This document shows positions 1 to 9,380 of a stretch of DNA of 64,000 nucleotides, one piece after another; position 1 is the stretch's first letter, and each line of letters opens with the position of its first letter. Source of the stretch: a bacterium (GTDB lineage Bacteria > Krumholzibacteriota > Krumholzibacteriia > G020349025); the NCBI GenBank assembly GCA_031362565.1, contig JANLSU010000121.1:1-64000 (forward strand), written 5' to 3'. The notes beneath the pieces are model-generated. The model did not search any database, was not told the origin of the DNA, and saw nothing but the letters and a program-made list of their open reading frames with translations. The position numbers were made by a program, and so were the translations under genes.

Positions 1-90
1 CTTTGTTGGCGTCTTGTTGCAACCAGATACGAGGGAGAGTGCCAATAGCCCAATGGCACCCCACAGCGAAATACACGCGCGCCTATCCAC
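1..90 (-). CDS. N-terminus of a putative lipoprotein (runs off the window)
   Basis: GGAGG RBS, then GTG at 90; reads MDRRACISLWGAIGLLALSLVSG-CNKTPTK (hydrophobic stretch plus lipobox-like VSG-C). Confidence 0.55.
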   Translation of the reverse strand, partial: MDRRACISLWGAIGLLALSLVSGCNKTPTK

Positions 91-254
91 TCTGACCTCC
101 TGGCTAGGAGACGTTGCTGTCGCAAGAGAGACTCTCGTGCCGCGATCATCGCGTTGGCGTGCGCGCGCCTGATCCGTTGCTGGGGCATTGGATTCAGTCT
201 CCTGCCTCATGTCTCTATTTGCGGAAGGAATCTCGCACGTCGCCATGGCGCCCC

Positions 255-301
255 GCATCGGGGCGCCACCCTGATTTGGGGTATGGGGGATTCCCCCATG
301 G
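255..301. promoter_or_regulatory. Copy 1 of a ~47-bp imperfect direct repeat with palindromic core ATGGGGGATTCCCCCAT; candidate operator
   Basis: GCATCGGGGCGCCACCCTGATTTGGGGTATGGGGGATTCCCCCATGG closely matches 792-837; intergenic. Confidence 0.5.
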
Positions 302-313
302 CGGGTCCCGGGG

Positions 314-760
314 CTATTCGGAGTCGAGCCCTTCCCGGAGCTCCGGGCCTCCGAACGTCCCCCCGCCGAGCACGCACCGGATGGCGACCAGCAGCGTTTC
401 GCCCAGCTCCGGCTTGCTGACGTAGCCGCGGGCGCCGGCCTGGAAGGCACGCCGGATGTGCACGGGCGCATCGTGCATGGTGAGCACTAGGACTGGCAGG
501 CCCTCGTGACCCGCACGGATGTCCCTCACCAGGTCCAGCCCATCCCCGTCGTCGAGCGCGAGATCGGTGATGACCAGGTCGGGCCGCGACCCAGCGATCG
601 CCGCGAGCCCGGCCTGCTGCGTGGCGACGGCGGCGCAGACGGTAAGATCGGCCTCGTTGTCGATCAACACGATCAGGCCGCGCCGCACCAGGGCGTGGTT
701 GTCGACGATCAGGATCCGCCGCCGGGCGGCCGCTTCTGGTGCGGTGCTCTGGCTTCGCAT
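314..760 (-). CDS. Stand-alone NarL-type receiver domain protein (no HTH)
   Basis: ILIVDNH...PDLVITDLAL...VLVLTMHD...GARGYVSK; paralogous to the receiver of 854-1540 but ends before the LuxR HTH. Confidence 0.8.
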   Translation of the reverse strand: MRSQSTAPEAAARRRILIVDNHALVRRGLIVLIDNEADLTVCAAVATQQAGLAAIAGSRPDLVITDLALDDGDGLDLVRDIRAGHEGLPVLVLTMHDAPVHIRRAFQAGARGYVSKPELGETLLVAIRCVLGGGTFGGPELREGLDSE

Positions 761-791
761 GCGGACACCGTGCCGCACGCGCGCAGCGAAA

Positions 792-837
792 GCATCGGGG
801 CGACAGCCTGTTTCTGGGGTGGGGGATTCCCCCATGG
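792..837. promoter_or_regulatory. Copy 2 of the ~47-bp repeat / candidate operator
   Basis: GCATCGGGGCGACAGCCTGTTTCTGGGGTGGGGGATTCCCCCATGG between the two regulator genes. Confidence 0.5.
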
Positions 838-853
838 GGGGAAATCGCGCGGG

Positions 854-1540
854 TCAGCGGCTGCGGCCGGTCTCGACCCAGCGGGTGGCGTGCTGCGCCA
901 GCTCGGGGGTCGACTCGACGCTCAGCTTGTTCTTGATGTGCTCGAGATGGGATTCGATGGTCTTGATGCTCAGGCTCAAGGTCTCGGCGATCTGGCGGGT
1001 GCTCCGGCCCTGACCGATCAGGGTGAACACCTGCAGCTCGCGGTCGCTGAGCGCCTCCAGGGGCGAATCCGTTTCCAAGGTTCGTCCATCGACGAACTTC
1101 GCCGCGAGCCGCGCCTCCAGCGTGCCGCTCATGTAGGTCTCGCCGTCGAGCAGACGACGGATGGCCACCAGCAGGGTGCTGTCGAGCTGATGCTTGGTGA
1201 CATAGCCCCGGGCACCGGCCTTCAGGGAACGCTCGGCATAGACCGCTTCGTCATACATCGAGAGCACCAGCACCGGGATCGCGGGATGGCGCTTCTTCAT
1301 CTCCTTGACCAGGTCCAGGCCGTCATCCTTCCCCAGCGCAAGGTCGACGATCGCCAGGTCGGGGTGCCGCTCCAGGATAGCCGCGAGCGCTTCCGGGCCG
1401 GTGGCGGCTTCCCCGCAGACGGTCAGGTCGGGCTCGGAGCTGATCAGGGCGGCCAGCCCGCGGCGCAGCGTGGGGTGGTCGTCGACGATGAGGATCGTCT
1501 TCCGGGCGGGGTCCCCTTGTTCAATGTTATCTGCGGACAT
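854..1540 (-). CDS. NarL/LuxR-family DNA-binding response regulator
   Basis: ILIVDDHP, AIVDLAL, then LSDRELQVFTLIGQGRSTRQIAETLSLSIKTIESH HTH. Confidence 0.95.
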   Translation of the reverse strand: MSADNIEQGDPARKTILIVDDHPTLRRGLAALISSEPDLTVCGEAATGPEALAAILERHPDLAIVDLALGKDDGLDLVKEMKKRHPAIPVLVLSMYDEAVYAERSLKAGARGYVTKHQLDSTLLVAIRRLLDGETYMSGTLEARLAAKFVDGRTLETDSPLEALSDRELQVFTLIGQGRSTRQIAETLSLSIKTIESHLEHIKNKLSVESTPELAQHATRWVETGRSR

Positions 1541-2645
1541 GATCCGGCTTCTCGCAACCGTCGGTCGCCCGGGACAGCGGAAAGGCGCAGGTGACGGCCG
1601 TGCCGCGCCGGGTCCGCCGCCCTACCTCGAGCGAGCCGCCGATCAGGCGCGCCCGATAGGCCATCGTGTGCAGCCCGACCCCCTCCCCAGTCGGCGCCTC
1701 CACGGGCAGGCCCACGCCGTTGTCCATGATGTTCAGAAGGCCCTGCCCGCCCTTCGAGCCCAGGCTGATCTCGATCCGATCGGCCTTCCCGTGGGTGATG
1801 GCGTTGTTCACGGCTTCCTGCGCGATGCGAACGAGGTGCACCGCGGCCCCGCCGCGAAGCCCGGGAGAGGGGCGCTCACACTCGAACGTGCAGGCGACAC
1901 GAAACAGGTGCCGGATGCTGCGCGCCAGGTCCTCGAGCGCATCGTCAAGACCGGCATCGTTGAGGCCCAGAGGGCCGAGACCGTGGGCCAGGTCGCGGGC
2001 CTGGACGATGCTCGCGTTCAGCAGTGTGGCGATCTCCGCGGCCATCGCCGACGAGGCGGATTCGGAGTTCGCGGCCAGCCTTTTGGAGAGTGCCGAGCCC
2101 AGGGCCACGATACCGGCCAGGGACTGGCACAACCCGTCGTGCAGCTCCCGGCCCAATCGCTCCTGCTCTCGATCCACGACCTCGAGGATCTCCCGCTCCA
2201 GCCACTTCTGGTGAGTGACGTCCCGAGCCGTAGAGTAGATCTGCAGGCGCCCCGCAGCGGGCCGCGCGTTCCATTGCAGCCAGCGGAACGACCCGTCCCG
2301 GTGGCGGTAGCGATTCTCGAACAGGATCGCCTCCGCCCCTTCGGCAAGCTTGCCGACTTCCGCCTGCGTGGCCGCGCGGTCGTCGGGGTGCACGAAGTCG
2401 AGGAACGGCCTGGCCTTCAGCTCCTCCAGGGTCCACCCCAGGCACGCCGTCCACGCAGGGTTCATGTACTTGAAGTATCCGTCCAGACCGGCAATGCACA
2501 GCAGGTCGAGCGATTGGGAGAAGAAACGGGCGAACTCGTCCTCGGCCTGCTGATCCCGTGCCGGCGGGGACGTCAGACCTGCCACGCGCCGGCCGTCGAT
2601 GTTCAGATTCGCCGGGCGCTGCGTTTGAGTGCGAACTCGTTTCAT
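1527..2645 (-). CDS. Cytoplasmic PAS-domain sensor histidine kinase (HisKA_3 type)
   Basis: PAS (NPAW...DFVHPDD), ERLGRELHDGLCQ H-box, QEAVNNAITHG, DNGVG, GVGL. Confidence 0.93.
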   Translation of the reverse strand: MKRVRTQTQRPANLNIDGRRVAGLTSPPARDQQAEDEFARFFSQSLDLLCIAGLDGYFKYMNPAWTACLGWTLEELKARPFLDFVHPDDRAATQAEVGKLAEGAEAILFENRYRHRDGSFRWLQWNARPAAGRLQIYSTARDVTHQKWLEREILEVVDREQERLGRELHDGLCQSLAGIVALGSALSKRLAANSESASSAMAAEIATLLNASIVQARDLAHGLGPLGLNDAGLDDALEDLARSIRHLFRVACTFECERPSPGLRGGAAVHLVRIAQEAVNNAITHGKADRIEISLGSKGGQGLLNIMDNGVGLPVEAPTGEGVGLHTMAYRARLIGGSLEVGRRTRRGTAVTCAFPLSRATDGCEKPDHVRR

Positions 2646-3177
2646 GACCTACCCCCGGTGGACGTGCCAACTTCCAAGTGAGTCTGACGCACGCCGCACG
2701 CCCGCCGCCACTGGATTTCATGGTATCTGGTGGCATTGCCAATGCACTTCGCCAACGCCTTGGGCTCAGGGAGGAACCGGCGGACCGAGCACGGAGGCCC
2801 GCCGGCGCGAGATCCTCATCGACGCATACAACGTGATCTTCGCCGACCCGAAACTCGGGCCGCTCATCCGGCAGGACGCCGAGCGCGCCCGCAACGAATT
2901 CCTGGCCCTCGTCGCGCTTCGTATCCCGGCGGATGGCACGTTGGGGATCGTCGTCTTCGATGCGATGCGCGATCCCCGCCCAACGACCGAAACGGGCCGC
3001 ACCGGGCGCACGTACGAACGCGGCCTGCACGTGATCTTTGCCCGCGAAAGCGCCGATGATTGGATCCGCGAGCACATTCAGAACCACGCCGATCCGACTC
3101 TGCTGACGATCGTGACATCGGACCGCGAGATCGAGGAATGGCAGCGGCTGTTCGAGAAGCCGCGCGACGAAGAGTGA
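2629..3177 (+). CDS. YacP-like NYN domain protein (start uncertain; C-terminal part looks shortened)
   Basis: ILIDAYNV, IVVFDA, ESADDWI, IVTSDREI acidic motifs. Confidence 0.7.
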   Translation: MRTRFMTYPRWTCQLPSESDARRTPAATGFHGIWWHCQCTSPTPWAQGGTGGPSTEARRREILIDAYNVIFADPKLGPLIRQDAERARNEFLALVALRIPADGTLGIVVFDAMRDPRPTTETGRTGRTYERGLHVIFARESADDWIREHIQNHADPTLLTIVTSDREIEEWQRLFEKPRDEE

Positions 3178-3269
3178 GTGCAGACGTCGTCCCGTGGCGT
3201 TTATGTCGAAAGACGCCGTTGACCGTTTCCGTTACGGCTAGATTGGGGCCAGCACCACACGGAACCCGA

Positions 3270-3405
3270 TGCTGACGTCGGATACCAGGCATAGCCCGCC
3301 AGGAGCGTGTAGCCCACGTCGTCCCCGTAGCTGAAGCGCGTCGTCGTGCCCGCCCGCGCCGCGAACTCCCGCTCCGCCTCCGTCGGCAACCGGTAGCTCC
3401 AAGGC
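3270..3405 (-). pseudogene. Fragment of an FGE-sulfatase (SUMF1/EgtB-like) domain gene
   Basis: YRLPTEAEREFAARAGTTTRFSYGDD...GYAWY; rest of the domain is absent. Confidence 0.75.
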
Positions 3406-3422
3406 GCCGGACACCGCCCCGC

Positions 3423-4064
3423 ATGGTCAGCCAACCGCCGAGCACACAGGTGGTCAACCTGGCGGCTGGCCAGACATTCGACATCGCTCCGTTCGTGACA
3501 CCGGTGGGAGGAGGCGCGCCGGCGTTTGATCTCTCGGTGCAGAATCTCTCTTCCGCCACCAACATCATCCTCGGGCTCGAGGAGATGGGCTATGGGTTCC
3601 GGGTGGTGCTCGGATCGGCGCAGCCCGACCCCGCGAGCTGGTCGGTGTTGTTGGTACGCGACGGAGACTTCCTCGCCGACAACGTGACCGTCGCCATCCT
3701 CGGGAAAGACACCTTCGGCGGCAGCACGGTCGACTTGTGGGTCCACACGCCCGGCACCCCGACCGACGTGCCCCCGGCGGAGGGCTTACCCTCGCTCGCG
3801 CCCGGATTCGTCGAGCTGTTGGGAAACCATCCCAACCCGTTCAATCCGTCGACCACGATCGCCTACAAGCTGGCCGCAGCGAGTGCGGTCGAACTACAGG
3901 TCTACGATCTGGCTGGCCGCCGGGTCCGCACTCTGGAGAGCGGCGTGTCACGTAGCGCGGGACGGCACACGGTGACGTGGAACGGGACGGACGATACGGG
4001 TCGGTCGGTGGCCTCGGGAGCATACGTCTACCGCGTCAGCCGCGGCGCCGGCGCAATTCTGTAG
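3423..4064 (+). pseudogene. Truncated secreted-protein gene with C-terminal FlgD-Ig-like domain
   Basis: NHPNPFNPSTTIAY...VYDLAGRRVRTL...WNGTDDTGRSVASGAYVYR; no signal peptide and the last strand is missing. Confidence 0.65.
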
Positions 4065-4083
4065 TTGATCCGCGACCCGGACG

Positions 4084-4740
4084 CTATCGGGCGAGTAGCG
4101 ATTCCGCGAGTTCGCCCAGCTCTCGGACGAACTTCTCTGGCGCGGGAGGGTCGATCCAGCGCACCGCATGCCAGTCCTCGACGCGAGCGCGTGCCAGCGC
4201 ACGAGCCAAGTCCGCTGGGAAAACACCCACGGCTTTCCCCTGCGCGCCTTCGATTGCATCTCGAATCGACAGTCCTCGCATACAGCAAAATCCCCAGATA
4301 TCCGCCAGATCCTTCGGTTCTGATCGGTCCAAGACCGCCGTGATCTTATTGGCGAGGATGTTTTCTGCCGTGTCGAGTCGCCCGAGGAGTGGGTGCATCA
4401 CAGGACTGCCGACCCGGGATGGCACGTCGTCGATCATCTCGATCTTGAGTGTGACACCACTCCGTGAAATCTCGAGCCGCACGAAACGCGCCTCTCTAGA
4501 GACGATGTTGCTACGAAAATTCGTCGACGTGAGGCGCAAAATGAATCGGTCGGCCCAGAGGCCAAAGTTGGGATCGTCGTTGACAAAAAAATCGAGATCG
4601 TCCGAGAATCGGTGCTGCAGGTAGCCCCGCGATGCCGCGGTTCCGCCGGAAAGATAGAAGCCCGTATCGACCTGGCCAATCAGGCCGAGAACCTCGTCCT
4701 GAAGCGGATACAACTGGTTTTCAAAGAACTCGCGCGTCAC
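4084..4740 (-). CDS. AbiEii/AbiGii-family nucleotidyltransferase (type IV TA toxin)
   Basis: LSGGTAA...HRFSDDLDFF; NKITAVLDRSEPKDLADI. Confidence 0.9.
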   Translation of the reverse strand: MTREFFENQLYPLQDEVLGLIGQVDTGFYLSGGTAASRGYLQHRFSDDLDFFVNDDPNFGLWADRFILRLTSTNFRSNIVSREARFVRLEISRSGVTLKIEMIDDVPSRVGSPVMHPLLGRLDTAENILANKITAVLDRSEPKDLADIWGFCCMRGLSIRDAIEGAQGKAVGVFPADLARALARARVEDWHAVRWIDPPAPEKFVRELGELAESLLAR

Positions 4741-4746
4741 CGCTCG

Positions 4747-5037
4747 TCACCCTTCCTGCAACCATTCAGGGTGCTCGAGAGGCAGCCATTCGACAAGCCA
4801 GTCGAAGGCGCGGAGCCGACTTGGCGATCGAATGCCGGATCGCCATCGGGGCCAGCCCTCGACGAGATCGCGCCACGTCATCTGACGTCGAATCTCGTGC
4901 CAAGAAGCGTACTCTAGGAGACGCCGCGACGCCCAATCGCGATCCAGCGGTCCGAGCCGGGTATCTCCCCGCAGGATCGACTTAAACTGTGCGTCGTCGA
5001 GATCGTAGTCCCACACATATGGAAGTCGATTCCCCAT
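4747..5037 (-). CDS. Small cognate antitoxin-like protein
   Basis: 96 aa, YVWDYD...RRLLEYA; ends 6 nt upstream of the toxin start. Confidence 0.7.
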   Translation of the reverse strand: MGNRLPYVWDYDLDDAQFKSILRGDTRLGPLDRDWASRRLLEYASWHEIRRQMTWRDLVEGWPRWRSGIRSPSRLRAFDWLVEWLPLEHPEWLQEG

Positions 5038-5199
5038 CCTTCGAGTGCCATCTCCCCAAAGCGAGTGCGGCGTGTCGGTTGTCCGGGACGACGAGGGTGC
5101 CCGAATCACTCTCCCCGCGCGGTCTGCCAATCTAGGCCCCCGCTCTGTCCCGATTGAGCGGCCTAAACCCAATTGCAACCAAGGCCACAAGCATCATAA

Positions 5200-5373
5200 C
5201 ACGCAGCCGGCGGCGCCAAGGGCCATGGCGGCGGCGACGCCTTGCGCATCGGCGATGCCGCCGGCGGCGATCACCGGCAACTTCACCGCGCGCACGATCT
5301 GCGGCAACAGCGCGAAGGTGCCGACCTGTGTGGTCAGGTCATCGGACAGAAAAATACCGCGGTGTCCGCCCGC
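5200..5373 (-). pseudogene. Internal fragment of a nitronate monooxygenase gene
   Basis: Minus strand reads AGGHRGIFLSDDLTTQVGTFALLPQIVRAVKLPVIAAGGIADAQGVAAAMALGAAG; no start or end. Confidence 0.8.
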
Positions 5374-5454
5374 GGGTTCGCGCCGCGCCGTGGCGACGCA
5401 CTTTGCGAGCCATTGGTTCGCGCGTGAACTTGGACCGGCCGGGCCTCGAAGTCT

Positions 5455-5721
5455 TTATTTGACCGGCGTCATCCGGCCCGTGAGTGACCCGTCGCGAGTC
5501 GTGAGCGTGTAGAAGTACACACCCGCCGCCACCGACTTGCCGGCGGAATTGCACCCGAGCCAAGTCGCTTCGTGATGTCCTGCAGTCCGCGGGCCGTCGA
5601 GGACTGTCACGATATGCCGTCCGGCTGCGTCGTGCACCGAGAGGTCCACATTGCAGGCTTCGGGCAAGTCGAAGGCAATCCGCGTCGTCGGATTGAACGG
5701 GTTCGGCACGTTCGCGTACAT
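5455..5721 (-). pseudogene. Orphan C-terminal FlgD-Ig-like domain
   Basis: NVPNPFNPTTRIAF...HDAAGR...GVYFYTL...RMTPVK with no upstream body. Confidence 0.7.
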
Positions 5722-5739
5722 ACTCGTGGATTCGTATGC

Positions 5740-5835
5740 AATTGCAGCTTCACGTCGTGCGCGCTTTGAATGCGATCAACGGGGTCCTTCGTGAGGCACC
5801 CGCTGACCAACCGGTCGAGAGTCGGCGGCGCAATG
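5740..5835 (-). pseudogene. Fragment of Ser/Thr kinase subdomain XI
   Basis: PPTLDRLVSGCLTKDPVDRIQSAHDVKLQL. Confidence 0.65.
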
Positions 5836-5844
5836 AAGCGCCGC

Positions 5845-6320
5845 GCCGACCATAAACGGAATCCCTTTTACGAGTTCATGCGCGAAGTTGCACCGGGCGA
5901 CATCATCTTTTGCTTTGCGGAGACGCGTATTCGCGCATACGGGTTGGCGCGATCGTACGCGTATGAAGCACCCAAGCCGACCGAGTTCGGGACCGCCGGG
6001 AGAAGCTGGGACCAGATCGGGTGGCGCGTCGATGTGCAGTTTCACGAAATCGCGACGGTTTTCCGTCCTGTGGATTGGATCGCGCAGCTCCGCCCGCACT
6101 TCCCGGAGAAATATGCGCCGCTGCATTCGATCGGGGTTTCATCTCCTTCCGAGAGGATGGTCGCCTGCTTGTTTCACCTGTCGCGCACTCTGAGTCTCTT
6201 CGGCGAATGGGCATCGCCATCGATCGGGAGGTCGACGTTGGGCGGTTCACCGCGGGTCAACGGCGCTTTCTTGAGTTCCATCGGGACGACGTGTTTCTGC
6301 AGTCTCAGGTGCGGATCTGA
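5845..6320 (+). pseudogene. Remnant of an HNH restriction-endonuclease-like gene; central HNH region deleted, frame changes near 6120
   Basis: N-part NPFYEFMREVAPGDIIF...PKPTEFG...GWRVDV...PEKYAPL; C-part AFDRGFISF...QRRFLEFHRDDVF in another frame. Confidence 0.7.
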
Positions 6321-6493
6321 CCCGAGCCATCGCACCGTTTCGAGATCGAGGCGCCAATCGACGAAGTATTTTCTTAACGCAGCTGCCCATCCATCCGCTC
6401 CGTCAGTAGATCGGCGAGGCCACAAGCGGCTCCCGGTCCAGTTCTCTCCCAAAAATACTTGATATTTGTTTAGCTATCCGGTACCTTCCCCGT

Positions 6494-8659
6494 ATGAAGG
6501 CGTATTCGCACCCCCGTGCGACGCGTCCTCCCAACCAGCGGCCGTCCCCGCGGCTGCTCGACTCGAAGGCGAATTCTGAGGAACGGGCGCAAGAGCCGCC
6601 GCCGAACGCACTCGATCGCGACCGTGCGTGCTGGCACTTGCATTACCTGGCTGTGCCTCTGGGTCTGCGCTTGGCCGAAAAAGCGGTCGAGCTGATGGAG
6701 CTGGAAGCTTGGTCGCGGTGGGGCCGGGCCCGGTTTCAGGACTTCGCGCACGAGAAGCTCGACCGTTGCGGGCGCTGGCTGCTCGACCAAGCCGCGCTCG
6801 GCAAGGCGCTGCGGGATGAGCCACTGCTGCGCGGCGCAATGTACGGCACGACGGCGCCGCCGCTTCTCTTCACTTCGGCGCTCTTGATTGCGCGAGCCCC
6901 CAAGCATGTGCCGATGCAGCGCTGGATCGAGATCGCTCGCGCCTCCACGGTTCGCGAGCTGAAGGAGACGATTCGCAACGCCCGTTCGGGACGCCCGCCC
7001 ATCGATGAAGGCAACGGTGACACCAGCGGGCGGCACGAGGCGGCCAATGACGACGCGCTGCAGCAAGAGGCCTACGATGATCCCGACACGCTCGCGATCC
7101 ACGGCGTGCAGGTCCGGATGCGAATGCCGCGCGCGATCCGCGCGTGCGTCCACGAAACGCTGGACCTGCACAGGGCCGTCACGGGCGCCGACGCCACGTT
7201 CATTTCCTTCGTCGAAGCAGTTTTTGCCGAGGCCACAGCCGGCTTGCATCCGCCCGATGCCGAAATCCGGCAGGTCAACCCCCGCAAGTCCACCGATCGA
7301 GTCGAAGCCATTTTGGCGCGCGCCAACCGCCGTTGGGAGCGCCTCGCGGCCCACACGAAGGAATTCGACACCGGATTCCTTCCGGTGCCCGAGTCCCCGC
7401 CGCGAGATTCGGAGTTCCTGACCGGCGATGAGAAAGCCGAGCGCGTCGTACGCGAAATCCTGCAGCTTCTCCGAGTGCAAGATCACGTGGAGCGTGAAGT
7501 CGGCCAGCTTCTCTGCGACATGAGTCGGCACGGCGATTGGGTCACGCTCGGATTTCGCTCGCTCGGTCACTATGCACGCGAGCGGCTCGGCATGTCCGAA
7601 CGAACGGCGGCGCATCGCGCGTCTGTCGCGCGACGGCTGGCCCGGTTTCCTGTCCTCGAGAACGCGTACCGGCGCGGCAAGTTGCACCGCGAAGCGGCGG
7701 GCATCGTGGCTTCGATTCTCGGAGAGGGCGCGTCCGCCGAGGAGGAGGAAGCATGGCTCGACCACGCGCAGTGCAACTCGATCCGGCGTTTGCGCGACGA
7801 GCGCCAGTTGTGTGAGTACGACTGGAAGATGCGTGAGGAGACTTCGATGCCGACGCCAACCGTGGATGCGCCGCCGGGCGGCGCTCCTTGCGCGACACGC
7901 GGCAAATCGAAACGGCTCGCACGGCCACGACCGCCGACCGATGCCGAATGGCTCGCATCATTGCACCGAGTCCCGGGCCGGACGCGTGACCGGCTCGAGC
8001 ACGCCATGCCGGAGTGGAATCCGCTCGTGCATCCGGTTGACTTCTACCGCGCAAACGTTTTCCTGACGTTTCGAGCACCCCGTGATTTAGCGCAAGGGTT
8101 TCTATCTGCCGTCGAGGCGGCGCGAAGGTACTTGGAGTGGGTCGCGACCGAAACAAGCCCCATGTTGGATGGTGAACCGGCATCGCTCCGCACCGCCCGC
8201 GCGTATGCATCGCGCTCGTTGCCCGTGCCGTCGTGGGCGGGACTCTGGGTGCTGCTCGAGGATTACGCGAAAACGTGGGATGACCCGGCGTCTTTCCCCT
8301 GGCGGCAATGGCATGAAACCTACGAACGCGACGGGTGGCGATGCATGGCACCCGGCTGCACCTCGAGGAAAAGAATGGACTGTCACCACATCGAATACCG
8401 CTCAGATCAGGGCAGCGACGAACTTCCGAACCTGCTCACCTTGTGCCGCTACCACCATCAGCAGGGCGAACACGGGCGGTATGCATCTGTGCGCGGTACC
8501 GCGCCTGGCGGCCTCCTGTGGCGGCTCGGTCCACCAGCGTACGGCGAATGGTACCGGAACGATATGCAGGTGGCGGACCCAGGTCGCAGTATGGGACTCG
8601 AGAATCGCCCTGGCGCGCCAACTGACGAAGCGATTGGTAGAGCGCGCGCTGCAGGTTGA
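6494..8659 (+). CDS. Large DUF222-like protein with C-terminal HNH endonuclease
   Basis: ERDGWRCMAPGC...DCHHIEYRSDQGSDELPNLLTLCRYHH; LGFRSLGHYARERLGMSERTA helical motif. Confidence 0.85.
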   Translation: MKAYSHPRATRPPNQRPSPRLLDSKANSEERAQEPPPNALDRDRACWHLHYLAVPLGLRLAEKAVELMELEAWSRWGRARFQDFAHEKLDRCGRWLLDQAALGKALRDEPLLRGAMYGTTAPPLLFTSALLIARAPKHVPMQRWIEIARASTVRELKETIRNARSGRPPIDEGNGDTSGRHEAANDDALQQEAYDDPDTLAIHGVQVRMRMPRAIRACVHETLDLHRAVTGADATFISFVEAVFAEATAGLHPPDAEIRQVNPRKSTDRVEAILARANRRWERLAAHTKEFDTGFLPVPESPPRDSEFLTGDEKAERVVREILQLLRVQDHVEREVGQLLCDMSRHGDWVTLGFRSLGHYARERLGMSERTAAHRASVARRLARFPVLENAYRRGKLHREAAGIVASILGEGASAEEEEAWLDHAQCNSIRRLRDERQLCEYDWKMREETSMPTPTVDAPPGGAPCATRGKSKRLARPRPPTDAEWLASLHRVPGRTRDRLEHAMPEWNPLVHPVDFYRANVFLTFRAPRDLAQGFLSAVEAARRYLEWVATETSPMLDGEPASLRTARAYASRSLPVPSWAGLWVLLEDYAKTWDDPASFPWRQWHETYERDGWRCMAPGCTSRKRMDCHHIEYRSDQGSDELPNLLTLCRYHHQQGEHGRYASVRGTAPGGLLWRLGPPAYGEWYRNDMQVADPGRSMGLENRPGAPTDEAIGRARAAG

Positions 8660-8769
8660 GATGTCTTCGCAATGCGAAGGGAGTCGCGCCGGGAATCGTC
8701 GCTCAAAAACGGAGTCGCGGGATGGTGAGACTCGGGCTCGTCGTCGAGCCGGCGATCTGAGAGATCCCC

Positions 8770-9052
8770 GATGCTGGCCTGGACGGAGAGCCAGACGAAT
8801 CAACGTCGAGCCGAGGAATGGATTGGGGTGGATGGTGATGGCGAGCCCCGATCGGGTGCTTTCGGCGTTGTGATCGGCGATATCGGATGGACTGAGCGCC
8901 GGGTATCCGGCTCGATTGTCGCCGCCGAAGGTCAGCGGATGGTGTCCGCCAGGGGCCTCTTGCGGCTCGCCACGCAACGAGCCGACCCAAAACAGGAGGC
9001 TCGCGGCAAGAACGGCGCCCGAGAGCACCATACAGCGCAATCCGTCGCGCAT
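8770..9052 (-). pseudogene. Possible remnant of a secreted protein with partial FlgD-like domain
   Basis: Signal-like N-terminus followed by ITIHPNPFLGSTLIRL, then similarity is lost. Confidence 0.4.
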
Positions 9053-9380
9053 TCAGCAGTCCTCCGGTGCCGGAAGCCCTTCTGCGCCAAACTTGGGATG
9101 GTGCCCGCATGCGCATAGGAACTCTCAACCGCATTTTAGCAGCACCCGGAACCCGGCCGTAGCTTGGGGGGCCTGGCTTCCGCGAACCTCTGTGGTTTGT
9201 GGCGAAAACCAAGCGAAGGTGTGCGCTAGGAGCGGCTCTGCGGCGATGGGCTCGTGTAGCGGCGAATGTAGCCGGAGTCGTGTGCGCGGGGGAACCCGAA
9301 ATCAACAGACCTCGGGGGGGGCCGAAAGGGGCCGGCAACACGGCCCAGGGCTCTGTGACGAGCTGCGCGCCTGCGCGGTG

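Noticed and set aside
9060..9380. Possible ncRNA or riboswitch in a long intergenic stretch
   Set aside because: No recognisable conserved motif by eye; an Rfam/Infernal search would be needed
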